A stretch of 64,000 nt of DNA from Oxalobacteraceae bacterium. GTDB taxonomy: Bacteria; Pseudomonadota; Gammaproteobacteria; Burkholderiales; Burkholderiaceae_D. Below the pieces are notes generated by a model. That model was given only the letters and a program-made list of their open reading frames with translations. It made no database searches and was not told the origin of the DNA. Below are positions 45,794-55,470 of the stretch, piece by piece. Every line of letters starts with the position of its first letter. The first letter of the stretch is position 1. A program made the position numbers and the translations under genes. The DNA lies in contig JAIXXN010000062.1 in assembly GCA_027490725.1 (NCBI GenBank), positions 3,007 through 67,006 of the forward strand, given 5' to 3'.

Positions 45794-47914
45794 CTAGCTG
45801 GCCTGCTGCCCGACCAGTGCCGTCACGCGGATGGTTTTCGATTCCGGCACTTCGGCATGCGACAGCACTTTCAGTTGCGGCAGCGAACGGCGCAGGAAGC
45901 GCGACAGCAGCGCCCGCAGCGGCCCCGGCACCAGCAACACCGGCGTCAGCCCCAGTGCCTCCTGCTGCGCGGCAGCCTGCTGGGCTTGCTGGGCGATGGT
46001 ATCGGCCAGCCCCGGTTCGATGCCTGCACCGTCCGGGCCGCTGGCAGCCAGCGCCTGCATCAGCAAGCGTTCCAGCCGGTTATCCAGCGTCATCACGGAC
46101 AGCTCGCTGGCGCCCGGGAACAGTTGCTGGACGATGGCCCGGCCCAGTGCAATCCGCACCAGCGCCGTCAGATCATTCGGATCCTGGCTATGCCCGGTAT
46201 GTTCGGCCAGCGTTTCGATAATCGAACGCATATCGCGAATGTGCACACCTTCCACCAGCAGATTCTGCAGTACTTTCTGCAGGGTCGACAGGGAGACGGT
46301 TTTCGGTACCAGATCTTCCACCAGTTTCGGTGCATCTTTGCCCAGATGGTCGAGCAGTGCCTGCACTTCCGCACGCCCCAGCAATTCCGAGGCATGGGTA
46401 GTAATCAGGTGATTCAGGTGGGTCGCCACCACGGTGCCGGCATCGACCACGGTGTAGCCCATGCTCTGTGCCTGATCGCGCAGACTGGCATCGATCCAGG
46501 TGGCCGGCAGACCGAAGGCCGGATCGGTGGTGGCCATGCCGGGCAGCGTGCCACTGGCCATGCCCGGATTAATTGCCAGGAACTGGCCGTTATAGGCCTC
46601 GCCGGTACCCACTTCCACCCCTTTCAGAGCGATCCGGTAGGCCGATGGCTTGAGTTCCAGATTGTCGCGGATGTGCACTGGTGGCGCCAGAAAACCGACT
46701 TCCTGGGCAAATTTCTTGCGGATGCCCTTGATGCGTTTCAGCAGTTCGCCGCCCTGGGTTTTATCCACCAGCGGAATCAGACGATAACCGACTTCCAGCC
46801 CCAGCGTATCGACTGGCATGATGTCCTGCCAGCTGGCTTCTTCCTGTTCCGGCGCTGCCGCCGGAGCCGCCGCCGCTTCGGCAGCGGCCACTTCCTGCGC
46901 CTTGCCGGTCTCCGCTTTACGCGTGATCAGATAGGCCGAGCCGGCCAGTACTGCGGCCAGCAGCAGGAACACCAGATTCGGCATGCCGGGAATCAGCCCC
47001 ATACCACCGATGATGGCGGCGGTGATGTACAGCACCTGCGGCTTGGCAAACAACTGGCCCACCATCTGGGTCCCGATATCCTGTTCGCTCGCTACGCGCG
47101 ACACTACGATACCGGCCGCCGTCGAAATCACCAGCGATGGAATCTGTGCTACCAGCCCGTCACCAATGGCCAGCAGGGTGTAGTTTTTCAGCGCATCGGA
47201 AAACGGCATATCGTGCTGCAATATGCCGACCAGCAAGCCGCCCACCACGTTAATCACGGTCACCATAATCCCGGCCACCGCATCGCCGCGCACATATTTA
47301 CTGGCACCGTCCATGGCGCCGTAGAATTCAGCTTCCTGCGCCGTTTCGCTACGCCGCTTGCGCGCTTCCGCTTCGCCGATCAGGCCGGCATTCAGATCGG
47401 CATCAATTGCCATCTGCTTGCCGGGCATCGCATCCAGTGCAAAGCGTGCGCCCACCTCGGCGATACGACCGGCACCTTTGGTGACCACGGTAAAGTTGAT
47501 AATCGTCAGAATAATGAACACCACGATACCGACCGTGTAATTGCCACCGATCAGAAAGTGACCGAACGCTTCAATGACCTTACCAGCTGCATCGGCCCCG
47601 GTATGACCTTCGGTCAGCACCACCCGGGTCGATGCCACGTTGAGCGACAGGCGCAGCATGGTCGACACCAGCAGAATGGTCGGGAAGGCCATGAAATCCA
47701 GCGGTTTCACCGTGTACAGGCTGGTGAGCAGCACGATCACCGACAGCGCAATATTAAAGCTGAAGAACAGATCGAGCACAAACGCCGGCAGTGGCAATAC
47801 CATCATCGCCAGCAGCATAATAATCAGCAGGGGCGCCGCCAGACTGCTCTTGTTGCGGCTATTGGCCAGACCTTGCAGCCATGGCGGCAGTTTAATGTTG
47901 CTCAGGGCATTCAT
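45794..47914 (-). CDS. flhA: Flagellar export apparatus protein FlhA
   Basis: 706 aa with conserved FlhA/InvA blocks (..RFALDAMPGKQMAIDADLNAG.., ..GAMDGASKYVRGDAVAGI..). Confidence 0.97.
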   Translation of the reverse strand: MNALSNIKLPPWLQGLANSRNKSSLAAPLLIIMLLAMMVLPLPAFVLDLFFSFNIALSVIVLLTSLYTVKPLDFMAFPTILLVSTMLRLSLNVASTRVVLTEGHTGADAAGKVIEAFGHFLIGGNYTVGIVVFIILTIINFTVVTKGAGRIAEVGARFALDAMPGKQMAIDADLNAGLIGEAEARKRRSETAQEAEFYGAMDGASKYVRGDAVAGIMVTVINVVGGLLVGILQHDMPFSDALKNYTLLAIGDGLVAQIPSLVISTAAGIVVSRVASEQDIGTQMVGQLFAKPQVLYITAAIIGGMGLIPGMPNLVFLLLAAVLAGSAYLITRKAETGKAQEVAAAEAAAAPAAAPEQEEASWQDIMPVDTLGLEVGYRLIPLVDKTQGGELLKRIKGIRKKFAQEVGFLAPPVHIRDNLELKPSAYRIALKGVEVGTGEAYNGQFLAINPGMASGTLPGMATTDPAFGLPATWIDASLRDQAQSMGYTVVDAGTVVATHLNHLITTHASELLGRAEVQALLDHLGKDAPKLVEDLVPKTVSLSTLQKVLQNLLVEGVHIRDMRSIIETLAEHTGHSQDPNDLTALVRIALGRAIVQQLFPGASELSVMTLDNRLERLLMQALAASGPDGAGIEPGLADTIAQQAQQAAAQQEALGLTPVLLVPGPLRALLSRFLRRSLPQLKVLSHAEVPESKTIRVTALVGQQAS

Positions 47915-49092
47915 ACAGGTGCTCCGTTATTCGTATTTTTAGGTTGCAATAGCGCGCTGGCAGTGAACGGATCGAGCTCGGGCGGAACTTCGAGTTTCTT
48001 CGGCACTTCCGGACGCTCGCCATTGCCTTTGCTGAACAGCCGCAATTGGAACACATAGGCCAGCACTTCAGCCACTGCCGCATACAGCGCTTCGGGAATT
48101 TCGTCGCCGATTTCCGTATGCTTGAACAGCGCCCGTGCCAGCGGTGGTGCTTCCAGCATCGTCACCTTGTGTTCGCGCGCAATTTCGCGGATTTTGGCCG
48201 CCACCTCGTCGGTACCTTTGGCCACCACGCGCGGCGCACCACGCATACCATCGTCGTACTTGAGCGCCACCGCAAAGTGGGTCGGGTTGGTTACCACCAC
48301 GTCGGCGGTCGGCACATCGGCCATCATGCGGCGCTTGGCCATCTCGCGCTGCATCTGGCGGATCTTGGCTTTGATCTGGGGATTACCGTCGGACTCCTTG
48401 GATTCCTGAATCAGTTCCTGACGGGTCATCTTCAATTTATTGGCATAGTGCCAGACCTGATACGGCCCATCGATGGCGGCGATAAAACCCAGCGCACCGA
48501 CGATGAACAGGAAACTGCTGCCCAGCATATTCAGCAAATGCACCGTACCCAGTTTCAGTGGCTCCACCGCCAGCCCGATCACGGCATCTTTCTGCTTCAT
48601 GACGACCAGCCAGGCCACCAGCCCCACCACCAGCGCCTTGGCCACTGCTTTGAACAGCTCCACCAGCGCATTCGAGGAAAACATATTGCCGATGCCGTTA
48701 ATCGGATTGAGTTTGGCGAAATTCGGCATCACGGCCTTGCCGGAAAACAGCCAGCCCCCGACCAGCAAAGGCGAGGCCAGCGCCACCGCCATTACCGCCA
48801 CACCTAGCGGCAGACAGGCCAGCATCACCCGCACCACATCGACCAGAATCCGGTTGATCAGCACATCCGCATCGAACACCTGTTCCGGCGTCAGCGACAG
48901 CCCGGACACCAGCGCCGTACTGAGCTGGCGGATCAGGCTATCGCCCGTCATCCACAGGCCAGCCCCCGCCGCCATCAGCACGGTAAACGTGGCCACCTCG
49001 CGCGAGCGCGGAACGTCGCCTTCTTCACGCGCCTGCTCGAGGCGCTTCGCTGACGCGGGTTCGGTCTTTTCTGCGTCGCTATCTTCTGACAT
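47911..49092 (-). CDS. flhB: Flagellar export switch protein FlhB (full length, with NPTH autocleavage motif)
   Basis: MSEDSDAEKTEPASAKRLEQAREEGDVPRSREV..., four TM segments, and ..VVVTNPTHFAVALKY.. Confidence 0.96.
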   Translation of the reverse strand: MSEDSDAEKTEPASAKRLEQAREEGDVPRSREVATFTVLMAAGAGLWMTGDSLIRQLSTALVSGLSLTPEQVFDADVLINRILVDVVRVMLACLPLGVAVMAVALASPLLVGGWLFSGKAVMPNFAKLNPINGIGNMFSSNALVELFKAVAKALVVGLVAWLVVMKQKDAVIGLAVEPLKLGTVHLLNMLGSSFLFIVGALGFIAAIDGPYQVWHYANKLKMTRQELIQESKESDGNPQIKAKIRQMQREMAKRRMMADVPTADVVVTNPTHFAVALKYDDGMRGAPRVVAKGTDEVAAKIREIAREHKVTMLEAPPLARALFKHTEIGDEIPEALYAAVAEVLAYVFQLRLFSKGNGERPEVPKKLEVPPELDPFTASALLQPKNTNNGAPV

Positions 49093-49209
49093 GGGTTCAG
49101 CCTGCTGCGGGGTTTATCTCGATCCTGCCATTATCCGCTGGCCACCACAGCGCCGATCAGCCGAATACGGGCGCTTTTCCCGCCTTGCTCGTTGTTTCCG
49201 GTTGGAAAT

Positions 49210-50202
49210 TTAAGCCTGTGCGCCGGCCTGTTTGACCGTCTGGTCAATGGCGCCGAAGATGGATTTTCCGTCCGCGTCGAACATTTCGATGCGGATGGTG
49301 TCGCCAAACGCCATATAGGGCGTGCTAGCGCTACCGTTGGCGATGATTTCCAGGCAACGTTGCTCAGCGATGCAGGAATAGCCACGCTTGCCACCGCTAT
49401 TCGACACCGTGCCGGAGCCGATAATGCTGCCGGCGCGCACATTGCGGGTCTGGGCCAGATGGGCAATCAGTTGCGGGAAGTTGAACACCATGTCGACACC
49501 CGCCTGGGGTTTGCCGACCAGTTTGCCATTCCAGCTCGAGTGCAGCGGCAGGTGAACCTTGCCACCCTTCCAGGCATCCCCCAGTTCGTCCGGGGTTACC
49601 GCCACGGGCGAAAAACTCGTCGCCGGTTTTGCTTGCAGAAAGCCAAAGCCCTTGGCCAGTTCATCGGGAATCAAGTTACGCAGCGACACATCATTCACCA
49701 GCATCAGCAGACGGATGCGCTGCAGCGCCTGATCCGGCGTGGCGCCCATGGCGACATCGTCGGTGATCACGGCCACTTCTGCTTCGAAATCTATGCCCCA
49801 CTCTTCGTGGAACAGGCTGATATCGTCGTGCGGCCCGAGCAGATCATCACTGCCACCCTGATACATCAGCGGCTCTTCCCAGAACGAGGCGGGCAATTCC
49901 GCCCCGCGTGCCTTGCGCACCAGTTCCACATGGTTCACATAGGCAGAACCATCGACCCACTGGCAGGCGCGCGGCAGCGGCGCCATGCATTGGCTGGCAT
50001 CGAAGGCGAAGCTGCGCCGGCCACGGCCCTGATTCAAGTCCTGATAGATGGCCTCCAGCTGGGGAGCGATAAAGCGCCAGTCATCGAGCGCCTTCTGCAA
50101 GCTAGGCACCACACCATCGGCCAGTTGCGCCGTTTTCAGATCGCGCGACACCACCATCAGCTGGCCGTCGCGCGTGCCATCGTTCAGGCTTGCCAGTTTC
50201 AT
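49210..50202 (-). CDS. Fumarylacetoacetate hydrolase (FAH)-family protein
   Basis: 330 aa. The N-terminus MKLASLNDGTRDGQLMVVSRDL.. and overall pattern match my recollection of the ~330 aa FAH-family proteins of Burkholderiales. Not verified. Confidence 0.55.
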   Translation of the reverse strand: MKLASLNDGTRDGQLMVVSRDLKTAQLADGVVPSLQKALDDWRFIAPQLEAIYQDLNQGRGRRSFAFDASQCMAPLPRACQWVDGSAYVNHVELVRKARGAELPASFWEEPLMYQGGSDDLLGPHDDISLFHEEWGIDFEAEVAVITDDVAMGATPDQALQRIRLLMLVNDVSLRNLIPDELAKGFGFLQAKPATSFSPVAVTPDELGDAWKGGKVHLPLHSSWNGKLVGKPQAGVDMVFNFPQLIAHLAQTRNVRAGSIIGSGTVSNSGGKRGYSCIAEQRCLEIIANGSASTPYMAFGDTIRIEMFDADGKSIFGAIDQTVKQAGAQA

Positions 50203-50918
50203 GGGGTCGGCACCAGCAGCGCCATCTGTTCAGGGCTCAGGTAGCACCATTCGCCCTCTTCCAGCCCCAGCGATTCCAGCGTCAGGCCACCAATTGCCGA
50301 ACGGTGCAAAGCGCTGCAATGGTTCTCGGCCGCCGCCAGCATGCGCTTGACCTGGTGATATTTACCCTGCTCGAGCACGATTTCCAGCTGATGCGGGCCA
50401 CGCTGTACGCAACGCACGGCAGCCAGTGGTGCCGGTTCGTCATGCAATTGCACGCCGGCTAGCAACTGGGCCACCAGCGCATCACTCACCGGCTGCTCGG
50501 TGGTAGCTTGGTAAATCTTGGGAACGTGGCGCTTCGGTGACGATTGTGCATGGATAAATGGTCCATCATCGGACATCAGCAGCATACCAGTGGTGTCGTG
50601 ATCAAGCCGGCCTACCGGCTGTAACTCACGCCAGGTAAATTGCTCGGGCAGCAAAGTCAGCACGCCGGGGTGATGGCTGGGCTTGCGCGAACACTCGAAA
50701 TTGGAGGGTTTATACAGCGCGATGTAGACATGTTCGCGGTACACCCATTCCTCATCGAAGATATTCAGTACCAGACCATCGGTCTCGATGCTGGCTTTGT
50801 AATTGTCATGGACTACGCCGCCGATACTGACTTCGCCATCTTCGATCAGCGAACGGCAGTATTTACGGGTGCCAAAGCCCTGCGATTGCAGGATGCGGTC
50901 TAGGGATAATTTGCTCAT
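50199..50918 (-). CDS. rsuA: RsuA-family pseudouridine synthase (S4 domain plus catalytic GRLDxDTTG)
   Basis: ..PVGRLDHDTTGMLLMSDDG.., ..KIYQATT.., ..GKYHQVKRMLAA.. align by eye with E. coli RsuA. Confidence 0.65.
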   Translation of the reverse strand: MSKLSLDRILQSQGFGTRKYCRSLIEDGEVSIGGVVHDNYKASIETDGLVLNIFDEEWVYREHVYIALYKPSNFECSRKPSHHPGVLTLLPEQFTWRELQPVGRLDHDTTGMLLMSDDGPFIHAQSSPKRHVPKIYQATTEQPVSDALVAQLLAGVQLHDEPAPLAAVRCVQRGPHQLEIVLEQGKYHQVKRMLAAAENHCSALHRSAIGGLTLESLGLEEGEWCYLSPEQMALLVPTP

Positions 50919-51096
50919 AGCACGATTTTACAGGATGGCGCGGACCGGGGGAACGCTGCGCATGCTGCACTGCCGCATTTGTCCTAGACAATGATTTCCA
51001 TTGACGCATATCAAACCAGTCCGGGCTTCGTTTGCTAGACTGAAACCAGATTAGGAATCCGCCTAGTCCCCTAGGAAATCGCCAGTAGGAAAGCTT

Positions 51097-51351
51097 ATGC
51101 CCACCTTGCACACTCGCTTGTCAGCTGCCCGGCAAAGCGCCGCCAGTCACCGCGCCGAGCTATTCCTGATGGCGTGCCGCTACGCACTGCCCGCCGGCGA
51201 GGCAGCCTCCGGCGCGCAGCAACAATGGCATGCGCAACGGCAAGTGGATTTTCTGGCCTGGCTGGCGGCAGGCGGCTTCGCACAAAGCGCTGCCCCAATA
51301 GAAAACAGCGGCATTGCGCCGCTGTCTTCAACCCCTGCAGGGGCTGTATGA
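51097..51351 (+). CDS. Hypothetical small protein (84 aa), weak call
   Basis: AGGAAA 4-5 nt upstream of the ATG. No recognisable motif. Sits in a 600 bp gap between rsuA-like and the S49 peptidase gene. Confidence 0.25.
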   Translation: MPTLHTRLSAARQSAASHRAELFLMACRYALPAGEAASGAQQQWHAQRQVDFLAWLAAGGFAQSAAPIENSGIAPLSSTPAGAV

Positions 51352-51524
51352 GGAATCTGAATTCTCTCTAAGCCGCATCAACGATGCAGTTCAGTAGTTC
51401 CGTCGGTCTGATCAAGATTGTGGTGAAAACAAAATAAACTATTTATATCGCCTCCCCTTGGAAAGAACTACGCCTTCACTATAGCTCAACGCATCAACTA
51501 TGCAAGTCTGATTTGCGTGCTGCG

Positions 51525-52658
51525 CTAGTGCAGCGCTGGCAAGGCCCGTTCCATGGTCGCTTTCATGGCTCCCGCACCGAGTGAGGCGCCAAATTTCTTC
51601 AGCACACGCTCAGGCAAACCTTCGTGCTGGGTGTAATCAATGATGTCTTCCGCCTTGATTACATCACGTGCCACGCTGTCGACTGTGCCAAAGGCATCTG
51701 CCAGTCCCATGTCGATAGCTTTGGCACCGGTCCAGAACAGGCCGGAAAACATTTCCGGCGTTTCCTTGAGACGCTTGCCGCGCCCGTCGCGCACCACCTG
51801 AATAAACTGTCCGTGAATTTCCGCCAGCATCGACTGGGCAAATTGCTTATGTTTGTCGGACAGCGGGCTGAACGGATCCATAAATCCCTTGTTCTCGCCC
51901 GCCGTCAGCAAGCGTCGCTCGACGCCGGCTTTCTCCATGATGCCGGAGAAACCGAAACCGTCCATGAGCACCCCGATCGAGCCGACGATACTGGCCTTGT
52001 TCACATAGATGCGATCCGCTCCGGCGGCAATGTAGTAGCAGCCGGAAGCACAGATTTCATCGACCACCACATACAGTGGCTTGCCCGGATAACCCTTACG
52101 CAAACGCTGCATTTCATCAACGATCATGCCGGCCTGCACCGGGCTGCCGCCGGGGCTATTGATGTGCATCACCACCGCTACCGAGCCGCTGTCGGAAAAT
52201 GCTTTGTTCAGCGCAGGAATCACCACCGCCGCCGCACCACTGCCTTCGGATTCGATCGCCCCTTCGATTTCAATCAGCGCCGTATGCCGTCCCAGCGTCT
52301 CGCCATCCGAACCGGTCCAGCCCAGATCAAGGTAGGCACTCAGTGCTACGACCACCAGCACGACGGTCACGGATTTGAAGAAAATACCCCAGCGGCGCGC
52401 CGCCTTCTGCTCGTTTAAGGCGGCAAATACCAGCTTCTCCAAGACTTCGCGCTCCCATGGCGCGCCGCCAGCCGCAGGATTGCCGGCCGCTGGAGCGCCA
52501 GCCGCTGGAGCGCCAGCCGCTGGATCGCCAGCCGCTGGACCGCCAGCCGCTGGATGAGGCGCCTGCGCCGCACCGGCAGGCACATGGCTGGCGGCAGGCG
52601 TGCTAGCCGGAGTAGCCGGAGTACTATTGGGGCCCTGCTCGCTGGTGTTTTCGCTCAT
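51525..52658 (-). CDS. S49-family signal peptide peptidase (SppA/SohB type) with an N-terminal xPAAG pentapeptide repeat
   Basis: ..VVMHINSPGGSPVQAG.. (catalytic Ser context), ..ASGCYYIAAGADRIY.. and one TM after the low-complexity N-terminus. Confidence 0.8.
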   Translation of the reverse strand: MSENTSEQGPNSTPATPASTPAASHVPAGAAQAPHPAAGGPAAGDPAAGAPAAGAPAAGNPAAGGAPWEREVLEKLVFAALNEQKAARRWGIFFKSVTVVLVVVALSAYLDLGWTGSDGETLGRHTALIEIEGAIESEGSGAAAVVIPALNKAFSDSGSVAVVMHINSPGGSPVQAGMIVDEMQRLRKGYPGKPLYVVVDEICASGCYYIAAGADRIYVNKASIVGSIGVLMDGFGFSGIMEKAGVERRLLTAGENKGFMDPFSPLSDKHKQFAQSMLAEIHGQFIQVVRDGRGKRLKETPEMFSGLFWTGAKAIDMGLADAFGTVDSVARDVIKAEDIIDYTQHEGLPERVLKKFGASLGAGAMKATMERALPALH

Positions 52659-52691
52659 ATCTCTCTAATTCGCCACATCAACTTAAATCAT

Positions 52692-53063
52692 TCAGGCGCG
52701 TACGGGACGCACATACTCATCTGGCTGCCAGTACAGTTGCTGATCGCGTTCAATCACAGCAATCGGTCGCAAACGTCCGCCTTTGCAGGGGCCGCCAGCA
52801 CAGTGGCCACTTTCCGGCACATACACGGCGCCATGCGTAGAACACATCAGGTAAAGCCCGCTCGACTCGAAGAATTCTCCCTCGGCCCAGTCCAGTTCTA
52901 TCGGTACGTGGGCGCAGCGATTCAGGTAAGCATACGCCTGCCCGCCGTAGCGCACCACAAAACCGGTGGCATCGTCCCCACCGGCGGTAACGGGGAAACG
53001 CACCCCTTTGCCGCCTTCTAGTACGGCATCGGCCGCGCAGATCAGAATCTCGTCAGCACTCAT
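52692..53063 (-). CDS. Rieske [2Fe-2S] domain protein
   Basis: CxH (NRCAHVP) and CxxH (MCSTHGA) ligand motifs. The start at 53063 gives an ATGA overlap with the upstream HAD gene's stop. Confidence 0.8.
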   Translation of the reverse strand: MSADEILICAADAVLEGGKGVRFPVTAGGDDATGFVVRYGGQAYAYLNRCAHVPIELDWAEGEFFESSGLYLMCSTHGAVYVPESGHCAGGPCKGGRLRPIAVIERDQQLYWQPDEYVRPVRA

Positions 53064-53722
53064 CAGGCATTCTCGCTCAGCCACTGGTGCAGATCGGCCA
53101 CGCTAGGCGCCGAATACAGCGGATTGCAGGCCGCCAGCTGATCGGCCGGATGGGCCCCATATTGGACGGCAATGCCCTGAGCGCCGGCATTATTGGCCAT
53201 CAGCAAATCGTGGGTGGTATCGCCGATCATCACGGTACGCCGTATATCCTGCCCTAACTCCCGCGTTAACTCTTGCAACATGGCAGGGTGCGGCTTGGAG
53301 AAAGTTTCATCCGCACAACGCGTAGCGTCGAACAGCGAGAGCACTTTGACATCATTCATGGCGCGATTCAGGCCAACCCGGCTTTTCCCGGTAGCCACGG
53401 CCAAGAAGTAACCATTGTGCGACAGCTCGTTGAGCATCTCGTGCACCCCGGGGAATAGCGCCAGTTCATGGTCACGCGACAGGAAATGGTAGCGGTAACG
53501 TTCCACCATGCGCGGATACAAGGCCGGGTCGATCTCCGGCAACACCGCCTGCATGGCTTCATGCAGGCCGAGGCCGATCACGTGGGCAGCCACATCGTCA
53601 CGGGGAATCGGCAGGCCCAGGTCACGCGCCGCCGCCTGGATGCACTTCACGATGGTTGAGGTGGAATCCATCAGGGTTCCATCCCAATCGAAGACGATTA
53701 AGTCGAATTGCTTTCTTGCCAT
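53063..53722 (-). CDS. HAD-superfamily hydrolase (phosphoglycolate phosphatase-like, subfamily IA)
   Basis: Motif I LIVFDWDGTLMDS, motif II ..VATGKS.., motif IV ..MIGDTTHD.. Confidence 0.8.
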   Translation of the reverse strand: MARKQFDLIVFDWDGTLMDSTSTIVKCIQAAARDLGLPIPRDDVAAHVIGLGLHEAMQAVLPEIDPALYPRMVERYRYHFLSRDHELALFPGVHEMLNELSHNGYFLAVATGKSRVGLNRAMNDVKVLSLFDATRCADETFSKPHPAMLQELTRELGQDIRRTVMIGDTTHDLLMANNAGAQGIAVQYGAHPADQLAACNPLYSAPSVADLHQWLSENA

Positions 53723-53781
53723 GTATTCCGGCCTAACTGCAGGCCGGCTCCTTGAATAATGAGACGATTAGCGAAATACGG

Positions 53782-54780
53782 TTAGATAAGGGGTTTACCC
53801 AAGCTTAGCAAGAATCGCTCGCATTCGGCAGCCAGAGGCGCGTTCAGCGTCATGATTTTGCCCGACTCGGGATGGGTAAACGTAATCTGGTGGGCATGCA
53901 GGAACATGCGTTTGAGTGCACCACGCTGCTCATCGGCTTTAAGTAAGGCACGGTTCAAGGCGAAATCGCCGTATTTATCGTCGCCCAGGATAGGGAAGCC
54001 TGATGCCGACGTATGTACGCGGATCTGGTGGGTACGCCCAGTTTTCAGCTCCGCTTCCAGCAAAGCATAGTCCTTGAACTTTTTCAGCAGACTGAACACC
54101 GTATGCGAAGCCAGCCCCTCGGCCTGCACCGCTACGCGGCGCTCGCCATCGGCCGTCGTATATTTATGCAGTGGCAACTTGATATGCTGGCGCGCATTCT
54201 TCCAGTCCCCCGCCACCATGGTCAGGTAGCGCTTGTCGGTCAGACCGTCACGCATTTGCTCGTGCAGGCTGGTCAGCGCGCTACGTTTCTTTGCCAGCAA
54301 CAGCAGCCCCGAGGTATCGCGGTCCAGTCGGTGCACCAGTTCCAGGAATTTGGCATCCGGACGGGAGGCGCGCAATTGCTCGATCACGCCGAACGACACG
54401 CCGGAACCACCGTGCACGGCCACGCCTGCCGGTTTATCGATCACCAGCAGGTGGGCATCTTCGAACACCACCTTGAATTCGGCCGCCGGAACATGGCTGC
54501 TGTCAGCCTTCTCGGCCAGCCGGATCGGCGGAATCCGCACGATATCACCGGCAACCAGCCGGTAAAGCTGATCAATCCGCCCTTTATTCACGCGCACCTC
54601 GCCGGAACGCAGAATCCGGTAGACGTGACTTTTCGGCACGCCCTTGCAGACGCGCAACAGATAATTGTCAATACGCTGACCCGCTTCTTCTTCGTTTATC
54701 GTCACAAACTGGGCTTGCAACGGAATTTGCGGGCGCTCTTGTGGTGTTGAAGGCGGGGAAACATCTTTTTGTTGCCTCAT
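53782..54780 (-). CDS. rluC: 23S rRNA pseudouridine synthase RluC (RluA family with S4 domain)
   Basis: ..HRLDRDTSGLLLLAKK.. catalytic motif. Divergent from rne, as in E. coli. Confidence 0.85.
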   Translation of the reverse strand: MRQQKDVSPPSTPQERPQIPLQAQFVTINEEEAGQRIDNYLLRVCKGVPKSHVYRILRSGEVRVNKGRIDQLYRLVAGDIVRIPPIRLAEKADSSHVPAAEFKVVFEDAHLLVIDKPAGVAVHGGSGVSFGVIEQLRASRPDAKFLELVHRLDRDTSGLLLLAKKRSALTSLHEQMRDGLTDKRYLTMVAGDWKNARQHIKLPLHKYTTADGERRVAVQAEGLASHTVFSLLKKFKDYALLEAELKTGRTHQIRVHTSASGFPILGDDKYGDFALNRALLKADEQRGALKRMFLHAHQITFTHPESGKIMTLNAPLAAECERFLLSLGKPLI

Positions 54781-55470
54781 TTGCTCTGTCTTCCCAGAAA
54801 TCTCTCTAAGTCCTTCATTTTGAATATATAATCGTTTCGCTGCAGTTCACACTGCGGTTAGTGTAAGAATAAAAGCACATTTTACACAGGGGCGTCTCCA
54901 CTGGCCTCGCCTAATTGCAAATTCAGCGGAAATAAATGTATACGTAGCGTCTCTGCCGGACTCAAGGTTGCACCGTAGTTGTAATCGGAGGCAGGCAAGG
55001 GCGTCGAACTTAGTGGTTGGATTGTAAGGATAAAGTTCGGGCAGAGAGACTTCGTGTCTCGCTGGCCGGTTGATGAAGTGGATAACGCTTGCCGTTTTTG
55101 TCAGACCCCAAGCTTTGCTGCAAGCACGACGAAAGGCTGCCACCCGCCGCCTTCTCCGTTAGTGCCGCGTAGTACGTAAGCTTGGCCCGGATCTGGCCCA
55201 TACGAGGCTGTTCACCGCCCGCGATTCTCTGCCGTCCGCTCAGGGCCGCATGGATGAGTTGCAGGTGATGCGAACACAGCGGCATGTCGATCGACTTCAT
55301 GCGCCCAGTTGCGGCCGCATGATGCACTCTGGTGCATTCTGCGCCGCCGCACAGGATGGGCATAACACCGCAATCACTTCCGTTCTCACGTATATCCCTG
55401 TACCACGCTGCCCCGGGTCTCACACACCCGGCAGCACAGAGATGACCTTAGGGTCGCGGAGTTAATAAAA
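54781..55470 (+). promoter_or_regulatory. rluC-rne divergent control region, including a long, apparently structured rne 5' leader
   Basis: 690 nt non-coding gap. Several local hairpins are present (e.g. ATGCAC-tctg-GTGCAT, CCGGGT-ctcacac-ACCCGG). GGAG RBS before the ATG at 55471. E. coli rne is autoregulated through its 5' UTR. Confidence 0.5.
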
